From: an uncultured Candidatus Rokubacteria bacterium
GTDB lineage: Bacteria > Methylomirabilota > Methylomirabilia > Rokubacteriales > CSP1-6
DNA: 64,000 bases
Direction: 5' to 3'
Assembly (NCBI GenBank): GCA_963747235.1
Contig: CAVVEU010000004.1
Span: 163,317 to 227,316 of the forward strand
Positions 62,103-64,000 of this stretch are shown one piece after another. The notes below the pieces were generated by a model. That model was not told where the DNA came from. It was given only the letters and a program-made list of their open reading frames with translations, and made no database searches. Numbering within the stretch: the first letter of the stretch is position 1; every line of letters begins with the position of its first letter. Made by a program: the position numbers and the translations under genes.

Positions 62103-64000
62103 CCCCAGCCCGACACCGGGGGCCGATCCTGTCGCTCCGCGCGTACCTCGTGGGGCTCGTCCTCGTGTGCGTCGTGCCGGCGGTCGCGTTCTCGGTGTGG
62201 GTGACCATCGCCGTCGTCGACCCGGCGGCCACGCCGTGGATGCGGTCGCTCGGCGCGCTCGGCGCCGCGGTCCTCCTGGCCGCGCTGGCGCTGGCCGCGG
62301 TCGCGGGCCGGGCCATCATCCTGTCCCTGACACGGCTGGCGGAGACGGCGGCCGAGCTCGCGCGTGATCTCGAGACGGCCGGACGGGCGCGCGAGCTGGC
62401 CGAGCATGCGGGGCGCGCCTGCGACGCCCGGCTCGCCGCCATCGTCGGCCAGGGCACCGTCGGCATCGCCCAGACCGATCTCGCACGGCCGCTTCGTGCT
62501 CGTGAACGAGCGCTACTGCAACCTGGTTGGACGCGCCCCGCGCGACGTGATGGAGCTCTCGTTCGTGGATACCGTCCATGCCGAGGACCGGGACCGCGCG
62601 GTGGCGGCGCTGCACGGCCTCACCGTGGATGCTCCCGAGGCGGTCTTCGAGACACACCACGCCCGACCGGACGGATCGCTGGGCTGGGTAGACGTGAGCC
62701 TGTCGCTGGCCCACGAGGCGGGCGAGCCGCGGTCCGTCGCGATCGTGGCCTTCGACGCCAGCGGCCGCCACGCGGCCGAAGACGTCGCGCGGGCCGGCGA
62801 CGTCGAGCGCGGCGAGCTGCTCGCGCGCGAACGGAAGGCCCGGCGGGAGGCGGAGGCGGCGAGCCAGGCGAAAGACGAGTTCCTGGCCGTCGTCTCCCAC
62901 GAGCTGCGCACGCCGCTCAACACGCTCCGGCTCTGGGCGGGCGTCCTGCGCAACGGCCCGCGGGATGCGCAGACGATCGCCCGCGCGGTGGACACGATCG
63001 ACCGCAGCGCGATCCTGCAGGCGCGGCTCATCGAGGACCTGCTGGACGTCTCGCGCATCGTCTCGGGCCGCTTCCGCCTGGCCATCGAGCGGGTGGACCT
63101 GGCCGAGATCATCGGGCCCGTCATCGAGACGGTGCGGGCCGCCGCCGAGAACAAGACCATCACGCTGACCACCGCGTTCGATCCCGCGGCCCGCTCGGTG
63201 CTCGGCGATGCGACGCGGCTGCAGCAGGTGGTGTGGAATCTCCTGTCGAACGCGGTGCGGTTCACGCCGGCGGGCGGCCGCGTCACGTTGGGGCTCCGCC
63301 GCGTGGGCGCGGAGGCCGAGCTGACCGTGACGGACACCGGCCGCGGCATGGCGCCCGGACTCCTCCCACGCGTCTTCGACCGGTTCCGCCAGGGCGAGAG
63401 CGGCACCATGCGATCGCACGGCGGCCTCGGCCTCGGGCTCTCGATCGCCCGGCAGATCGTGGAGCTGCACGGCGGGACGATCCGGGCCGACAGTCGGGGC
63501 GAGGGGCGCGGCGCGACCTTCACGGTGTGCCTGCCCGTCGCGGCGCCCGCGGCGGTCCGCCCGGGGCCGGCGCCGCTCCGCGCGCGGCCGGGCGAGCCCG
63601 ATCGGGCCCCGACGCGTCGGCTCGAGAACGTGGACGTGCTGGTCGTGGACGACGACGCGGAGACGCGCGAGGTCGCTGAAGGTGGTGCTCGGCTTCGAGG
63701 GGGCGCGGGTGACGACCGCGCCGTCGGTGGCCGACGCGGTGGCGGCCATCGAGCAGCGGTGGCCCGACGTGCTCGTGTGCGACATCGGCATGCCCGGCGA
63801 GGACGGCTACGACCTGATCCGCCGGGTGCGCCGGCTCGAGGCCGTGCGCGGCCGCCACATCCCGGCCATCGCGCTGACCGCGTACGCGGCGGCCGAGGAT
63901 CGGCGCCGGACGCTCCACGCGGGTTACGACAGCCACGTGGCCAAGCCGGTGGAGGCCTCCGCGTTCGCGCCCCTGATCGCGAGCCTGCTGCCCCGGGAGC
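62087..64000 (+). CDS. hybrid sensor histidine kinase (2 TM, PAS, HisKA, HATPase, REC), apparent frameshifts ~62485 and ~63670; runs off the window
   Basis: KDEFLAVVSHELRTPL, NLLSNAVRFT, HGGLGLGL, CDIGMPGEDG and HVAKP. Confidence 0.9.

Noticed and set aside
60521-63679. 1052-aa ORF joining the AP-family gene and the kinase
   Set aside because: Mostly off-frame Arg/Pro/Gly-rich translation; the real domains lie in different frames.

Overview
This is a very GC-rich, densely coding bacterial window with about 58 genes. Most are catabolic or accessory enzymes: LLM oxidoreductases, acyl-CoA dehydrogenases, family III CoA-transferases, amidohydrolases, a BVMO and a GH31. The rest are transporters and two hybrid histidine kinases. 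The gene mix resembles Ca. Rokubacteria/Methylomirabilota soil MAGs (inference only). About 25 apparent single-base frameshifts and one heavily deleted segment (~32.36-33.35 kb) suggest an unpolished long-read assembly. I saw no rRNA, tRNA, CRISPR array, transposase or phage genes. The most notable signals are: (1) an uncharacterised metallophosphoesterase, nucleotidyltransferase, VTT/DedA, alkaline-phosphatase-family, hybrid kinase operon behind a sigma54-type promoter; (2) six sigma54 (GG-N10-GC) motifs, four with an in-frame ATG exactly 15 nt after the -12 C and no Shine-Dalgarno; (3) a REP/REPIN-like repeat (GGGGTCAGGTCTTGAATTACGACATTTCCGC) at three convergent gene junctions, one copy supplying a stop codon; (4) an identical 14-bp palindrome TGTGACCGGTCACA at the promoters of a LacI/SBP unit and a convergent GH31; (5) many probable leaderless sigma70-type starts.
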